Positions 10,393 to 21,318 of a DNA stretch of 64,000 nucleotides are shown here, piece by piece. The notes beneath the pieces were generated by a model that worked only from the letters and a program-made list of their open reading frames with translations, made no database searches and was not told the DNA's origin. The position numbers and the translations under genes are program-made. Numbering within the stretch: position 1 is the first letter of the stretch; the number at the start of each line of letters is the position of its first letter. The stretch is from Nitrosopumilus sp. (GTDB taxonomy: Archaea > Thermoproteota > Nitrososphaeria > Nitrososphaerales > Nitrosopumilaceae), in assembly GCA_965238275.1 (NCBI GenBank), contig OZ250186.1, positions 1,152,001-1,216,000 of the forward strand, written 5' to 3'.

Positions 10393-12872
10393 CTTTGTAG
10401 CAAGTATTATTTGGCAACATAGCCTGCAACCAAAGGGATATTCTGATAAATTTTCAATTCATCACAACTATATTCTTTGTTATAGAAATTCTAATGATTT
10501 TAAATTACAACTTCAAAAAAGAACCGATGCCGATAATGTTAATTATTCTAATCCCGATAATGATCCAAATGGGTTATGGCGTAGTGGCGATGTTCGTAAT
10601 TCGCTATATCGTAAAAACTTAATTTTTGATATTACTTCTCCCTCTGGGAACATAATCAAGCCTCCTCCAAAGGGATGGAGATGGAGCAAGGAAACCATTC
10701 AAGAGAAAATCAAAGAGGGGGAAATAATATTTAACAAGAATGAAACAAAAATAATAAGAAAAATATATTTGAAAAATGTTTTAAGTCGAGCCATTGAAAC
10801 AATATGGTTTGGTAACACTGTTGGAACAACTCGATCAGCCTCTGAAGAAATTAAAAGTATATTCAAAAAATCGATTTTTGATACGCCAAAACCGTGTATG
10901 TTAATAGAACAGATATTGCGCATTGGCGCAGACAAGAATGCCATAATCCTAGATTCTTTTGCGGGTTCCGGCACCACGGCACATGCAGTTCTTGGCCTAA
11001 ATAAAAAAGATGGAGGCAACCGCAAATTTATCTTGGTAGAATGTGAATATTACGCAAACAAAATAACTGCTGAGCGCGTGCGCCGCGTGGTAAGGGGAAT
11101 CCCCAGTGCCAAATCCGAATATCTCCGTGAGTCGCTTGGTGGATCTTTCACATATTGTACGCTTGGTAAACCGCTTGATGTCAACAAGATACTGACAGGT
11201 AAAGAACTTCCAGACTACAACACGCTTGCGTCACACCTCTTGTACACGTCTACCGGTCTATCAACCACCAAAAAACTAAGACCTAAAAATAAGGACGGCT
11301 TGTTCCACTCTGCTGACGGCAAGGATTTTTACCTCCTGTATAGGCCTGACTTGAAATATCTGCACTCCGATAAGGCTGTGCTTAACGTTGAACGTGCTAA
11401 ACGAATAAGCAAGACAAGCAAAAATGCTGTTTTCTTCGGTGCTGGCGCGCACATGGAACCGCGCGATCTGGCCCGCATGCATATAGAATTCTGTTCCATA
11501 CCTGACGAGATACGGCGGGCTTGACTGATGGAACTGAAACAGTATCAATCAGACGCACTGGACACGTTTTCCAAGTGGCTGAATGCGCTGGCCGAACAGC
11601 GCAAGCGTACTGAAGAGGCGATTGCGAAACTAGGTGGTGTGTTGGACGATATGTCTGAAGTTGAAAACTATCCCAAGAGAACTTGGACTGCCATGATTAA
11701 GGACAATCTAGTGAAAGATGCACAATACATAGACCGACAAGATGACAGTGGCAGGCCAATACCGCACATTTGCCTCAAGGTGCCCACGGGCGGCGGCAAG
11801 ACATTGATGGCTGCTGCCGCAATGGAGAAGATCAACCACCGTACCGGACTCGTGTTGTGGGTGGTACCAACCAAAAAAATATACTACCAAACACTGAATT
11901 CTCTCAAAACACGCGGCAATCCGGTCCGCCAAAGATTAGAAAACGCCAGTGGCGGCCACGTCAAGATAATGGAAAAACCTGACACGTTTAGCAAGCATGA
12001 CGTGGAAAACTACATGTGTGTGATGGTACTGTCACTTGCGGCAGCCAATCGCAACAAGGATGAGGATTTTTTAAAAATAAACCAAGATTCAGGCGGATAC
12101 CAATCATTCTTTCCTGACCGCGACAGTGAAATCGGCAACGCAAATATGTTAAAGAATCATCCAAGTTTGAAGCGCGAATGTGGTTATATCAGGCACAGTC
12201 TGGCCAACGTCTTCAGAATAAACCGACCGGTGGTAATCCTAGACGAGGCCCACAAGGCATACGGCAGAAACCAACAGAAGTTTTCTGGGATGATCAATAC
12301 TCTGAGTCCGGAGATGGTATTGGAGACGTCAGCCACCCCGAACCCTGGCATGAGCAACCTCTTGGTGGATGTGTCTGGTAACGATCTGTGGAAGGAGGAA
12401 ATGATCAAGATGCCGATAGAACTTAAGGTTCAGAATGATTTTGACTGGCATGGTGTGCTGGACAATGTACACGACCACCTAGCGCGGCTAGAGCAGGATG
12501 CCGTGTCACAACAGCCGACGACCGGAAGGTATGTCAGACCTATAGCCTTGGTCCGCGTCGAGCGAACCGGCAAGAAACAGGACAATGGTAAGCACATACA
12601 CGCCAATGACGTCCGAAAATACCTGATAAAGAAGCACGCGGTTCCGCCAAGCCATATCGCGATACAAAGCTCCGAACAAAACGATCTTGAAGACGTAAAA
12701 TTGATGTCGGAAACGGAGCAAATACGCTGGATAATCACGAAAGATGCGATAAAGGAGGGTTGGGACTGTCCATTTGCATACATACTAGCCATATTGGACA
12801 ACATCAAGGCGAAAACGGCAGTGACGCAGCTGCTTGGCAGGGTGTTGCGACAGCCGGGTGCAAGCCGTACTG

Positions 12873-14208
12873 CAGTAATCCCAGATGTGCTCACGGAGCC
12901 ACGGGATCTGGCGGTGGCTCGGGCTGAATCGTAATATTCCGATAGATTGCTATTAGCGTGACAATTTTCATATACAGCTGCGTCACCGGAAGGACTCCGT
13001 CACGCAGCTTCAGAAAGCTGGCCAGCTGCGCGTTTACCAGCACCCACGCATTGAATAGCATCAGCGAGTACAGAAAGCAGAAAAGCCGGGCAGGCCTACT
13101 GCTGCCGAACGATTTCGCCCTGGCATTCTCTACCAGTCTGTAGCATGTCTCGATGGTCCACCTTTTGGAATATTCCTCTACATCCATCCACGGGGCATTG
13201 GTGGCAAACGCAATGTATCGATCTTCCGGCGCACCTGCCTTCTTGTCCCCGTTCTTCGCCCCCTCACTTTCCTTCCTTACTCTCTTCTTCTCTGCTATGA
13301 TCATGTGGTACTGAACCGCTGCCTTGTCAGAATTCGTCATGTCGGATTTTGAGATGGGGCCGAGCGTTTTGGCCACGAACTTGCGCAGCGAGTCTTTCAC
13401 CCTACTGGTTCTGGTGCACGGCATCAGGTACTCAAGGCTAAGACGCTCAATCTCGGATATTGAGTTCACTGAAAAGAAGCCCCTGTCAACCAGGATCAGT
13501 CCCAGCCTGGATCCGACGGCGGAGACGTTTTCTAGGCACGAATTGAGGATTTCACGCAGGGATTCGTGCACGGATGAGGACTTGTCCACGTATAGGGCCG
13601 CAAGGATAAGCCGCGATTTGGAGTTGACGCACTGCGCCGTGATGTACGCCTCGAATCTGTTGGTGCCGCTCTTGCGCTCTCCGCCTCTCAGGTCAGAGCC
13701 AAGTTTCTTGCTGTGGCACGGTATCAGGTGCATGTCGATGGCCACATCAAGCACATCAGGCAGCCTGCCAAACAGGTAAAGCTCATCCAGCTGTGCCCTT
13801 ACCGCCTGGTTAAAAGTCTCAAGCGCCTTACCCTCGTCCGTCTTGGACAGGATATCGCGAAACCACTCGTCGCTTGGAGAATGACGTGAATATCTTGGAT
13901 TCTCGATGGACTGCGCCGTGATTTCTCTCATGGCGAAGCTGCATCCGCCGACCGAAGTGTCAAGCATCGCGGCATGCAGCATGCCGACGTTAAAGTCGCT
14001 TGTGCCATATGTCGCGTTGTACCTTTTGGAGACCTCGGCGGACGGCACGATGCTTTCTCTCAGCACCTTCTCAACAGATTCATATATTTTGCCATTGTTC
14101 ATCATATCGCGTCTCAGGCGATCTTTTTGGTGGTACATAAGGATCGTCTGGGCGTGCCCCCATTGATCTGTTTGCATCAGGTGCTAGATGGCACATCTGG
14201 GATTACTG
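12873..14208 (-). mobile_element. ISH3-family element
   Basis: 18-bp TIR CAGTAATCCCAGATGTGC; 5-bp TSD TACTG (12868-12872 / 14209-14213). Confidence 0.9.
12891..14177 (-). CDS. ISH3/IS4-type DDE transposase
   Basis: VAIDMH, VDRGFFS, YSKRWTIETCYR. Confidence 0.88.
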   Translation of the reverse strand: MQTDQWGHAQTILMYHQKDRLRRDMMNNGKIYESVEKVLRESIVPSAEVSKRYNATYGTSDFNVGMLHAAMLDTSVGGCSFAMREITAQSIENPRYSRHSPSDEWFRDILSKTDEGKALETFNQAVRAQLDELYLFGRLPDVLDVAIDMHLIPCHSKKLGSDLRGGERKSGTNRFEAYITAQCVNSKSRLILAALYVDKSSSVHESLREILNSCLENVSAVGSRLGLILVDRGFFSVNSISEIERLSLEYLMPCTRTSRVKDSLRKFVAKTLGPISKSDMTNSDKAAVQYHMIIAEKKRVRKESEGAKNGDKKAGAPEDRYIAFATNAPWMDVEEYSKRWTIETCYRLVENARAKSFGSSRPARLFCFLYSLMLFNAWVLVNAQLASFLKLRDGVLPVTQLYMKIVTLIAIYRNITIQPEPPPDPVAP

Positions 14209-15371
14209 TACTGGAACCGATAATCTTGACAAATCCTACGTGTATTGCAATAAGACTGACACTGGAAAAGTTGCTGAATACGTTAAGGCCGGGCTGACAG
14301 ACATCGGCATGGGCGACATGAAATTCGCCGTAAATACTGACGAGTCAAAAATCAGTTCCAGGATGAATAGGAAGACAGTAAAAATTCAAAACGTGCGCCT
14401 GCCGCTCGTGTTGCACAAGGACGGTGACGACTGGATTGAATTGGATTATAAGCGACACGTGTTGTCCAGCGTGAGGTTTGGCGCCATAAGCGCGCCAGAT
14501 CCAGGCCTGTTCCGAACCACACCGCCAGGCTCGCAGACGCTTATCGTAAGCCCGGACGGTGATGTCGATGTTTCCGATATTGATGTCCATTATGGAAAGG
14601 CCGCCAACGTTTCTGACATGACGCGCACGCTCTCTGATATCGTGCCTAACGTTTGGCAGGCTGCAAGGATTGCGCAGGAGTTTATCTCCAAGATACATGG
14701 ATTAGGCAAAGACGAGGCCGATATCTACAACGGCATGTCTGATCTCGCGAAAAAACTGTGCGACCACGTGCATGGGGAAGTCGACAAGCGGGCAAAAAGG
14801 TTGTTCTGCGGCAAGGTAAGGCGCGGTAACATACGCTTTGATCTTGAAATCAGCGGCACACAATACGAAGTCAAGGACTTTGAAGTGAGGGGGGAAACTC
14901 CGTTCAACGTGGGTAGTGGTCTGACGGCCCAGCGCACGCTGTTTGAACCTGTATATGATGAGGAGTTTGACAATGACTTGGAACGCAGTTTTGCCAGATA
15001 CATTGACGCCAAAAAAACTATCGACTGGTGGTATAGGGTGGCTGCGCGGCAGCATGATGGTTATCGTCTGCATGGCTGGAAAAAAGATCACATATACCCG
15101 GATTTCATAGTAATGAAAAACAACGACGGAAGCAAGGCGCGACTCGGGATATACGACACCAAGGGTGAGCACCTAGTGGGCAATTTGGACACGAAATACA
15201 AAGAAGATGTGCTGAAGACGCTCGAAGGAGCGTTTGACTGCGGCAACGTCAAAATCAACGGGAACAGGCTGCAAGGTGAGTTCCGTTTGGTTCTTGACGG
15301 TGAGTTTGCTGAAATAATGGTAGACTGATCCGCAAAACTTTAAACAATGATAAATTACTATTACAAAAAAT

Positions 15372-15839
15372 ATGAAATATAATTTAACAACACGTCAAAC
15401 GTTTGCAATAGAATTGCTTGCAATGGCCGCACTTGCAACAGTCATATCGTCAGTTTCTATTCACGAGGCAGGTCATTGGGTTGTATGTGAATATTTTGAC
15501 TCAGTACCTACATGGAACATTACAGAATACATGGGAATAACATGCAATCCTACTGGTTCGGAATGGATGCACGTTTACTGGGCGGCCGGTGGTTTTGTAG
15601 CGGCCTCTGTGTTATTTAGCATGTCATTTATTCTGCATAAAACTATCAACCAGAGTGCCGTAACATGGGGTTTGGTAGCGGCAGGATTTTATCAGGTATT
15701 CAACGCGTTTTGGGAAACATTTGATCATGCAGACTACATTAATGGAGATAAAACTCTAGTCTCCTTTGGAGCACTCATCGTAATTGTATTGATGGTTTGG
15801 ATCTGGAAGGATAAAAAATGTGCTGTAAATATGCCATGA
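15372..15839 (+). CDS. Membrane protein with HExxH motif (M50/site-2 peptidase-like)
   Basis: SVSIHEAGH within a TM helix, AAGG motif, several TM segments. Confidence 0.6.
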   Translation: MKYNLTTRQTFAIELLAMAALATVISSVSIHEAGHWVVCEYFDSVPTWNITEYMGITCNPTGSEWMHVYWAAGGFVAASVLFSMSFILHKTINQSAVTWGLVAAGFYQVFNAFWETFDHADYINGDKTLVSFGALIVIVLMVWIWKDKKCAVNMP

Positions 15840-15907
15840 CCATACAAGTCGGCAGAAACCTTTTCAATTCGTCATCTTTGAGCATATGCCAAAAAATCAT
15901 TATCAGG

Positions 15908-16465
15908 TCAATTACACGCCGCATAATACGTCCAAACCCCGGTAACTTCGGCCCACCCGGAGGTAGCGGCTTCGGTCGTACTGCAGTACTCGGTGTAGAA
16001 TTTCTCCAGATAACCGTGTTCATGCAGCCACGCCCCAGCGGTAGTGGCATAATCATTACCCTCACACCAAACCGTCCCCAAGTGGCGGCCGTACTTGTCG
16101 AACTGTCTAATGGAATCCTCGTCCATGTACGCGGTACTGCCCTTCGGGCACAGTTCCTTCAAAGCGTTGGTTGCCTCCCAGAATCCGTCTTCGTCGCGTT
16201 CCGGCGTGTCAATCAGGCTGAGCCTGTACTTGACGGCATCAAAATGTAGTGTGTCACCGTCGATTATGCGGGTTATCTTGCCCTGCACCGCGCTCGGGTG
16301 CACGCCAACAGGCCTGTCAACCGGCGCTGGATCGTGTGAGAGTTCGGGCAAACGGGGCTCCACGTCGTCCTGCATACCTGCAAACAGCGTGACTGCCAGG
16401 GCCACACCCAACACGACAACCAAAATGACGCCAAGAATTATGATTGTTTTGCCGTTCAACTGCAT
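15908..16465 (-). CDS. Membrane-anchored thermonuclease (SNase family)
   Basis: N-terminal TM helix; RIIDGDT, RLSLIDTPE, DKYGR. Confidence 0.9.
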   Translation of the reverse strand: MQLNGKTIIILGVILVVVLGVALAVTLFAGMQDDVEPRLPELSHDPAPVDRPVGVHPSAVQGKITRIIDGDTLHFDAVKYRLSLIDTPERDEDGFWEATNALKELCPKGSTAYMDEDSIRQFDKYGRHLGTVWCEGNDYATTAGAWLHEHGYLEKFYTEYCSTTEAATSGWAEVTGVWTYYAACN

Positions 16466-16469
16466 TCAA

Positions 16470-16904
16470 TCAGACTGATGGCCTTGCTGCCTGTATCTCG
16501 TCATCCGTAAGCGGGGGCATTTTACACTTCCTGCATGTTTGATCTTTTGGGTTCATGCGCCCCTTCAACCATACCTTTTTGGCCTCTTCCAGCGTCTCAC
16601 ACCAAAAGTATTCGTTCCTTCCGTGGCCGGTACTGAGCGGGGTGTCCTGAACAAGGTTCGCGCCATAAAGCAATTTTATGGATTGGCACGACGTGGAATG
16701 TATGCGACTATCATCGGACCGGTGCTTCGTAAACAGAAATACGCCCGGCCCATCATAATGCTTAACCAAATCTCCTCTTTTTCCAGTTTCTCCATACTGG
16801 ACGGCAGTCCCTCCCCCACATTTATGGTCTTTGCCCGGGCACAGGGCAACGTACAGTCGTGAAGTGGCAGTATGTGCTACCGACACTCGCGCCTCCGTGA
16901 TCAT
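16470..16904 (-). CDS. Hypothetical protein (RIH-x3-C...CxxC), start uncertain
   Basis: Stop 5 nt before the SNase start; motif spacing shared with the 3136-5626 product. Confidence 0.55.
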   Translation of the reverse strand: MITEARVSVAHTATSRLYVALCPGKDHKCGGGTAVQYGETGKRGDLVKHYDGPGVFLFTKHRSDDSRIHSTSCQSIKLLYGANLVQDTPLSTGHGRNEYFWCETLEEAKKVWLKGRMNPKDQTCRKCKMPPLTDDEIQAARPSV

Positions 16905-16959
16905 GGATGTGGGTTTGCTGCCCCATCAAGGATATATTGCAGCCAGCCAAGCCCAACCC

Positions 16960-17517
16960 ATGGCACAGACCAAGCCCGTAATCACAGTCGAGAACGTGGT
17001 TGCCACCGCGTCCGTAGGCCAGAAGATGGACCTGCGCGATATCCAGGAAAGGTTTCCCGGCACCCAGTACCATCCGGAACAGTTCCCCGGCCTGGTCTTC
17101 AGGCTTGCCGTACCAAAGACTGCCACGCTGATATTCCGGACAGGCAAGATGGTGTGCACCGGGGCCAAGTCAGAAGAGCTGGCGGCCAAGGCGGTAAACA
17201 CGGTGGTGTACAAGATCAGGAAGAATGGCATCCATATCAAAAACGACGCGACAGTCACGATCCAGAACATCGTGGCCGCGATAAACCTGGGCGGTGGAAT
17301 CCGCATCGAGGATGCAGCGCGCACCCTGCCGCGCAGCATGTACGAACCCGAGCAGTTTCCCGGGCTCATACACAGGGTGTTGGATCCCAAGACAGTCATT
17401 CTGCTGTTTGCCTCCGGCAAGCTCGTGTGCACTGGCGGCAAGACAGAAGAAGACGTGTTCCGTTCCGTGCACGGCCTGCATGCGCTTCTGGAAGAGAAGG
17501 ACCTGATGATCTACTAG
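16960..17517 (+). CDS. tbp: TATA-box-binding protein
   Basis: Two TBP repeats (ENVVA..YHPEQFPGLVFR..LIFRTGKMVCTGAKS; QNIVA..YEPEQFPGLIHR..LLFASGKLVCTG). Confidence 0.97.
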   Translation: MAQTKPVITVENVVATASVGQKMDLRDIQERFPGTQYHPEQFPGLVFRLAVPKTATLIFRTGKMVCTGAKSEELAAKAVNTVVYKIRKNGIHIKNDATVTIQNIVAAINLGGGIRIEDAARTLPRSMYEPEQFPGLIHRVLDPKTVILLFASGKLVCTGGKTEEDVFRSVHGLHALLEEKDLMIY

Positions 17518-17642
17518 CCTGTAAGGCCATGGGGTGAAATGGAGTTGTGATTCATCGCTTCAGGATCATATTGAAATGTTAAAAATAACATACCGACGAC
17601 TTCCAAGATCCGTTTATAGCGAGCACATTTGTAATACTATTC

Positions 17643-18362
17643 ATGAAGACTATCTTGTTTGGTGTTTTGGCACTGACACTAATCATCACAATACCCATAG
17701 CCAGTGCAAACAATTCCACTACCCCATACCAAATGAATGAGGTTACAGACATCTGGACAGACGTTCCAATATTGGTTGGTGCACTCTTGGCTGGTGTTGC
17801 CGGGTTTTCAGTGAACATATTCTATGGTTTATACAAAGACAGGAAAGATAAGAAGAAACTAAGGAATATCCTTTCCAGAGAGTTTGGCATTGTGTATAGA
17901 GCACTAGAATCTATGAGTGATATCCAAAAAACCACGCTAAAAAACGCACAGAATGAACAGGAGGCAATAGAATCTGGAATTGTCGACCAACATGAAGCGC
18001 TTACTGGTTTTCAGTTAGTACGAGTAGACTCTCCGTTATGGAATGCTGTAATGTCCAATGATATTTTGTTCAAATTAAATGAAAATGAAATCACCGCGGT
18101 TCATCATGCAATACACAACATAGAAGTGTGTGATGCCAACACGACATATTTAATAGAAAAAGCAAAAAAAGATTTGAACCCACCATCAAATCAACTATTC
18201 CTAGACAATTCAACCATAAGTGATTATTTGTTAGAAAGCATAAACAATTGCTTGAGAACAATGAGGGCAATAGAAGAGCTTGATGAATTAGGCTGGTTTT
18301 ATTCTAAAAAACTACCTGAATATAAAGAGGAAGTGATCCGATACGCAAACATGAAAATCTAA
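17643..18362 (+). CDS. Hypothetical membrane protein (AT-rich)
   Basis: 239-aa ORF, signal-like N-terminus plus a TM helix. Confidence 0.65.
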   Translation: MKTILFGVLALTLIITIPIASANNSTTPYQMNEVTDIWTDVPILVGALLAGVAGFSVNIFYGLYKDRKDKKKLRNILSREFGIVYRALESMSDIQKTTLKNAQNEQEAIESGIVDQHEALTGFQLVRVDSPLWNAVMSNDILFKLNENEITAVHHAIHNIEVCDANTTYLIEKAKKDLNPPSNQLFLDNSTISDYLLESINNCLRTMRAIEELDELGWFYSKKLPEYKEEVIRYANMKI

Positions 18363-18467
18363 AAAATACTTTTGTCACAGTTGTTATGGTGATGTCACTA
18401 TAACCATCGCTCACCTAATTGTCTTACAATGAATCAAAAAACACGTATAGCGACTGTCAAACACCCA

Positions 18468-19193
18468 TCATTCGTTACTCATTGCCACAACCTCCCACTG
18501 TGACCATGTCCCACGTCCGCCTGGTCTGACAGCAGTGACTTTTTTGGGCACGCCGATAATGCGCATGCCGTTGCCACACATGAGCGCCTCCAGCTCGTCC
18601 AACGAAAAGAAATGCACGTGCAGACCGCGCTTCGGGCCGCCCTCGTACAAAATGGTAAAGCCATCGTTTGACTCCTTCGTGACATGGTGCGGCTGCAGCA
18701 CGTCCGTATCTGATGCATTCACGCGCAGAAAGAACAATCCGCTAGGGACCAGCACCCGTGCCACCTTCTGAAAGTACGCCCCTGCAGTCTTGCCCGTTCC
18801 GTGCTGGAACGACTGTATTGAAACCAGGTAATCAAACGGTCCACCTGTATAATCCAGAAAGTCACTGCAGGTGAGTCTGGGTGCCAACCTTGGTTCTTTC
18901 TTTGCTATCTGGCTTAGCCCGACTGCGGACACGTCCAACCCCGTGATGTCCAGCCCCGACCTGGACAGCATGACGTAGTTTCTACCGTTTCCGCATCCCA
19001 CGTACAGTCCTTTCCCATCTCGATGATCTGGTCTTTCTGACAAAAAGTCGATTATCTCATTCGCGAATTCCACCGGAGGTTCGCCGTCGTATCTGCCTAA
19101 ATTATACTCTTCATCCCATGCGTTGGCAATGGTGCGCTCCAAGCTGGCAGTGTCGTTGTTGCGTGGCATGGTTTTCATAGGCGCGTTGAGCAT
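18468..19193 (-). CDS. Class I SAM-dependent methyltransferase
   Basis: LYVGCGNGRN, ITGLDVS, FDYLVS, VLVPSGLFFL. Confidence 0.88.
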   Translation of the reverse strand: MLNAPMKTMPRNNDTASLERTIANAWDEEYNLGRYDGEPPVEFANEIIDFLSERPDHRDGKGLYVGCGNGRNYVMLSRSGLDITGLDVSAVGLSQIAKKEPRLAPRLTCSDFLDYTGGPFDYLVSIQSFQHGTGKTAGAYFQKVARVLVPSGLFFLRVNASDTDVLQPHHVTKESNDGFTILYEGGPKRGLHVHFFSLDELEALMCGNGMRIIGVPKKVTAVRPGGRGTWSQWEVVAMSNE

Positions 19194-19266
19194 TTAATCA
19201 AACCGCTCACTCAACGTGTGGCAAGGATCGGGGTCGCCCCCGTGGAATCAAAAAAAGAGAATAGGA

Positions 19267-19899
19267 TTATCGTACGCGGACTGTAGCAGTCTGGATGATG
19301 GGCTCGCCTGCTGCTGTCGTGCCTGATACCTCTATGAGATACTCTTGACCTACAGCAAATGCGATTTTGTCTCCTGTGTTTCGTGCAGTCGTACTGGCAG
19401 AATCTGTAATTGCAATGCCACCTGATATGCTGGCAGTACCACCTGGTGCCAAATCATCTATGTCTGCACCACCTATGAGTATTGATGGCAACGTCCCTGG
19501 ACCCGTAGATGCTGTTGGAGGACTGGTATATTGGGCTGCAACACAGTCAGTGGTTGCGGCCTCGAGGGCAGCGTTAGTGAGTGTGGCTTTTGCAGCAACC
19601 TCGCCATTACATACAAGCAATACCACTGCACTCAGATCCGATGCTGCATCTGTACCAGTGTTCTTGATGCTCAATGACACGTATGCTGTATTTCCAGTAT
19701 TGTACGCCCTGGCGTTCTGTATCTCTACAGATGTTATGGACACCGCGCTGTCCGAAAGGTCAGACGTCATCACGTACAGTCCGCCCGCGGCCACGGCAGT
19801 AAGACCGAGGCCGAGCATGATTCCGACGATTGCCGATACGGCCCTCCTCTTTCTCATTAGTGTCTTTGTCGTTATGGATTTTGTCGTTATGGACTTCAT
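19267..19899 (-). CDS. Archaeal type IV pilin-like protein (class III signal peptide)
   Basis: RKRRA/VSAIVGIMLGLGLTAVAAG cleavage motif and hydrophobic helix; SIKNTG; GQEYLIEV. A 15-bp duplication encodes KSITT twice. Confidence 0.8.
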   Translation of the reverse strand: MKSITTKSITTKTLMRKRRAVSAIVGIMLGLGLTAVAAGGLYVMTSDLSDSAVSITSVEIQNARAYNTGNTAYVSLSIKNTGTDAASDLSAVVLLVCNGEVAAKATLTNAALEAATTDCVAAQYTSPPTASTGPGTLPSILIGGADIDDLAPGGTASISGGIAITDSASTTARNTGDKIAFAVGQEYLIEVSGTTAAGEPIIQTATVRVR

Positions 19900-20052
19900 T
19901 GAATTGCAAAAATGCTTTGCTTATAAGGGCGGTTTTTCATAGGGACTGGGAAGTTAACGGGAGCTGCATCTCGCTGGGAAGTCGGGAGCTGAAACGGGAT
20001 CTTCTCTGGATTCGATCCCGTCGCATTTCGTGATTTTAAACGGTGACCCCAA

Positions 20053-20604
20053 ATGATCTCATTGGTAACAGAGATAAGTCCCATATTCGGGCTGACGTTG
20101 TTGGAAATGATAGAATACACAATGTTCCTGATTCCGGGTGCGATTATTGCAGCCGCAGGCATAACGGGCACATTCTCATTGATAAGCATACTTCAAAACA
20201 AGAAGAATTTGGAGATGCAGAACAAGATCGCTTCTGCCAGCTTGATTCACAAGCACTTGGAACCTTGGGATAAGAACAAACGGTTTAAGCAAATGATTCT
20301 CAAACTAGAAACACCAAACGCGGTGTTTACCGACGAGGATCAAGTGCATTTCGTGCTTGCCAAATTTGAGGACATAGCAATACTGCGGCAAGACAAGTTA
20401 TTCACTGAAACCCACGTACAGGAGTTCTTCGGGAGGGACATAGTCCGTATTGGTGCTAACGAATCCGTAATGAAGATTTTGGACGAGTACTACAATGAAG
20501 ATCGCATCCACAATTACAACAACCTCAAGAAACTGCTAGATGATTCTAAAAAGTGGGGGATGAATCCTTATTCGTCTGAAGAATCGTCTTTGGTCTCGTC
20601 TTGA
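20053..20604 (+). CDS. Hypothetical membrane-anchored protein (start uncertain)
   Basis: TM helix followed by a helical domain (LAKFEDIAIL). Confidence 0.6.
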   Translation: MISLVTEISPIFGLTLLEMIEYTMFLIPGAIIAAAGITGTFSLISILQNKKNLEMQNKIASASLIHKHLEPWDKNKRFKQMILKLETPNAVFTDEDQVHFVLAKFEDIAILRQDKLFTETHVQEFFGRDIVRIGANESVMKILDEYYNEDRIHNYNNLKKLLDDSKKWGMNPYSSEESSLVSS

Positions 20605-20809
20605 CGTAAACCGGCATCAACGCGTCGTTTTGCTGCCGCTGCCACAGCTTTCCCAACTAGGGAAGACTGATCTTCTCCAGATTCCTCTGTTGATTGTTCC
20701 TCTTTGGATTCTTCATGCTCTGTCATACGTCGATCGATCCAAAACAGACCTCACTTAACGCTTGCGATCAAACCGGGTTCTCCTGGCACGGTTCTGGTGC
20801 CGCACTGTC

Positions 20810-21073
20810 CTAGTCTCCCTGCCCGGCATCCGTGATTTTGGTGACCCATGGGTCAATGTCGTCAAACCCGACAGTTATGCCGTCAACGTGGCATTCCGCA
20901 CGTTCCAGCTGCCGCTGGAGGTCGCATATGTAGTGGCGGAATCCCTGAATACTCTGCTCCTCCGGGGTGAGAATGTTGTCCAGGAAATACGAGTACGAGT
21001 ACGCCAGGTATGACGAAAACACGATTCCAGCGACCAGAACCCCCATGAGCACGCCGTAGTACCTTGCCTTCAC
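20810..21073 (-). CDS. Small membrane protein, paralogue of 21070-21318
   Basis: TM helix plus ICDLQRQL..CHVDG; 4-nt overlap with upstream gene. Confidence 0.6.
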   Translation of the reverse strand: MKARYYGVLMGVLVAGIVFSSYLAYSYSYFLDNILTPEEQSIQGFRHYICDLQRQLERAECHVDGITVGFDDIDPWVTKITDAGQGD

Positions 21074-21318
21074 GGGACACCGACCCCGGATTCACCTGGC
21101 ACGCTGCCAAAGCGCACGGCCTCCCCGTCCACGAAGCATGACGGGTAGCCCAGCTCCTCCTGCAGGGCGCACACCTGCAGTTCGTACGCGTGTCTCTCGT
21201 CGTCCGGCAGCTGCGGCCTCTCGCCTACCATGTGATAGTAACCCGCCGCAATGACGAGCACGTACAGCAGCACGACAGACAGGACGATCACGACCGCCTT
21301 ATAGAGTAATATTTTCAT
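21070..21318 (-). CDS. Small membrane protein
   Basis: TM helix plus VCALQEEL..CFVDG. Confidence 0.6.
   Translation of the reverse strand: MKILLYKAVVIVLSVVLLYVLVIAAGYYHMVGERPQLPDDERHAYELQVCALQEELGYPSCFVDGEAVRFGSVPGESGVGVP

Larger units (their letters stand above)
5783..11524 (+). pseudogene. mod: Type III RM methyltransferase (Mod) split by two IS66-like insertions
   Basis: IYIDPPYNTG (motif IV), IFISIDDNE, KP..LIEQIL and LDSFAGSGTT (motif I) in beta-class order. Segments 5783-6147, 8526-8626 and 10401-11524 join in frame. Confidence 0.92.
11528..15328 (+). pseudogene. res: Type III RM restriction subunit (Res) split by ISH3-like element
   Basis: PTGGGKT, ILDEAH, EGWDCP, QLLGRVLRQP, and C-terminal YPDFI...DTKG nuclease. 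Excision restores ...GASRTGTDNLDKSYVYC in frame. Confidence 0.92.

Noticed and set aside
19267-19899. Archaellin
   Set aside because: Lacks the conserved archaellin N-terminus (GIGTLIVFIAMVLVAAV) and there is no arl operon; a pilin fits better.
20568-20726. 52-aa acidic ORF on the minus strand
   Set aside because: Overlaps the end of 20053-20604, has no motif and no well-placed TATA box; cannot be supported.
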